From Malacoraja senta (lineage: Eukaryota), in contig CM075987.1 of the NCBI GenBank assembly GCA_038087875.1, positions 19,718,001 to 19,782,000 of the forward strand: a DNA stretch of 64,000 bases, written 5' to 3'. Of the stretch, positions 63,690 to 64,000 are shown one piece after another. Position 1 is the first letter of the stretch. Each line of letters starts with the position of its first letter. The position numbers and the translations under genes were made by a program. The notes beneath the pieces were generated by a model. It saw nothing but the letters and a program-made list of their open reading frames with translations. It was not told the DNA's origin and ran no database searches.

Positions 63690-64000
63690 TTAGAGGAATC
63701 TTTAATATGTATATAAAATTCTAAGAGGCATAGGCAGGGTGTATTTTCAGAAACATTTTCCATTGGTAAGGCTATCAAAAGCAAGAAGATTTAAGATAAG
63801 AGGAAGTGATTTTAAAAGGTATTTGAGGGAAACGTTTCTCACACACATAGTGCTAGTTTATGGAACTCGCTGCTGGGGGAAGTAGTGAAATTATAAACGA
63901 GCACTAAATTTAAAAGACATTTGGACAGGCACTTGAATAAATGGGCATAAAAGGATATGGACCTAATGTGGGCTAATGGGATTAGAGTAGATGGGAAAAA
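63690..64000 (+). mobile_element. CR1 3' fragment running off the window
   Basis: YKILRGIGRV remnant, TGGAACTCGCTGCTGGGGGAAGTAGTG and TTTAAAAGACATTTGGACAGG. Confidence 0.8.

Overview
Eukaryotic, AT-rich, repeat-dense non-coding DNA (intergenic or deep intronic). The repeat mix (CR1 LINEs, Rex1/Babar LINEs, tRNA-derived SINEs with CR1-type tails, Penelope-like elements) suggests a cartilaginous fish, probably a skate or ray; this is inference from repeat content only. I could not recognise any host protein-coding exon, tRNA, rRNA or CRISPR array, and every recognisable ORF is transposon-derived. Points of interest: (1) two tiny insertions of 33 and 20 bp with CAAAGATACTAGAG ends between perfect 8-bp duplications, resembling P-element excision footprints; (2) about 20 Penelope-derived repeats carrying a short-stem-III hammerhead-ribozyme-like motif, including young fold-back insertions with 13-16 bp target duplications; (3) the same CR1-antisense/Rex1 junction at two loci; (4) a GC-rich unclassified element with a THAP-like remnant; (5) a complete non-autonomous hAT-type element with a nested mini-palindrome; (6) a Gypsy RT fragment fused to a Harbinger-like MITE. 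Boundaries of old repeats are approximate (read by eye, no database search).
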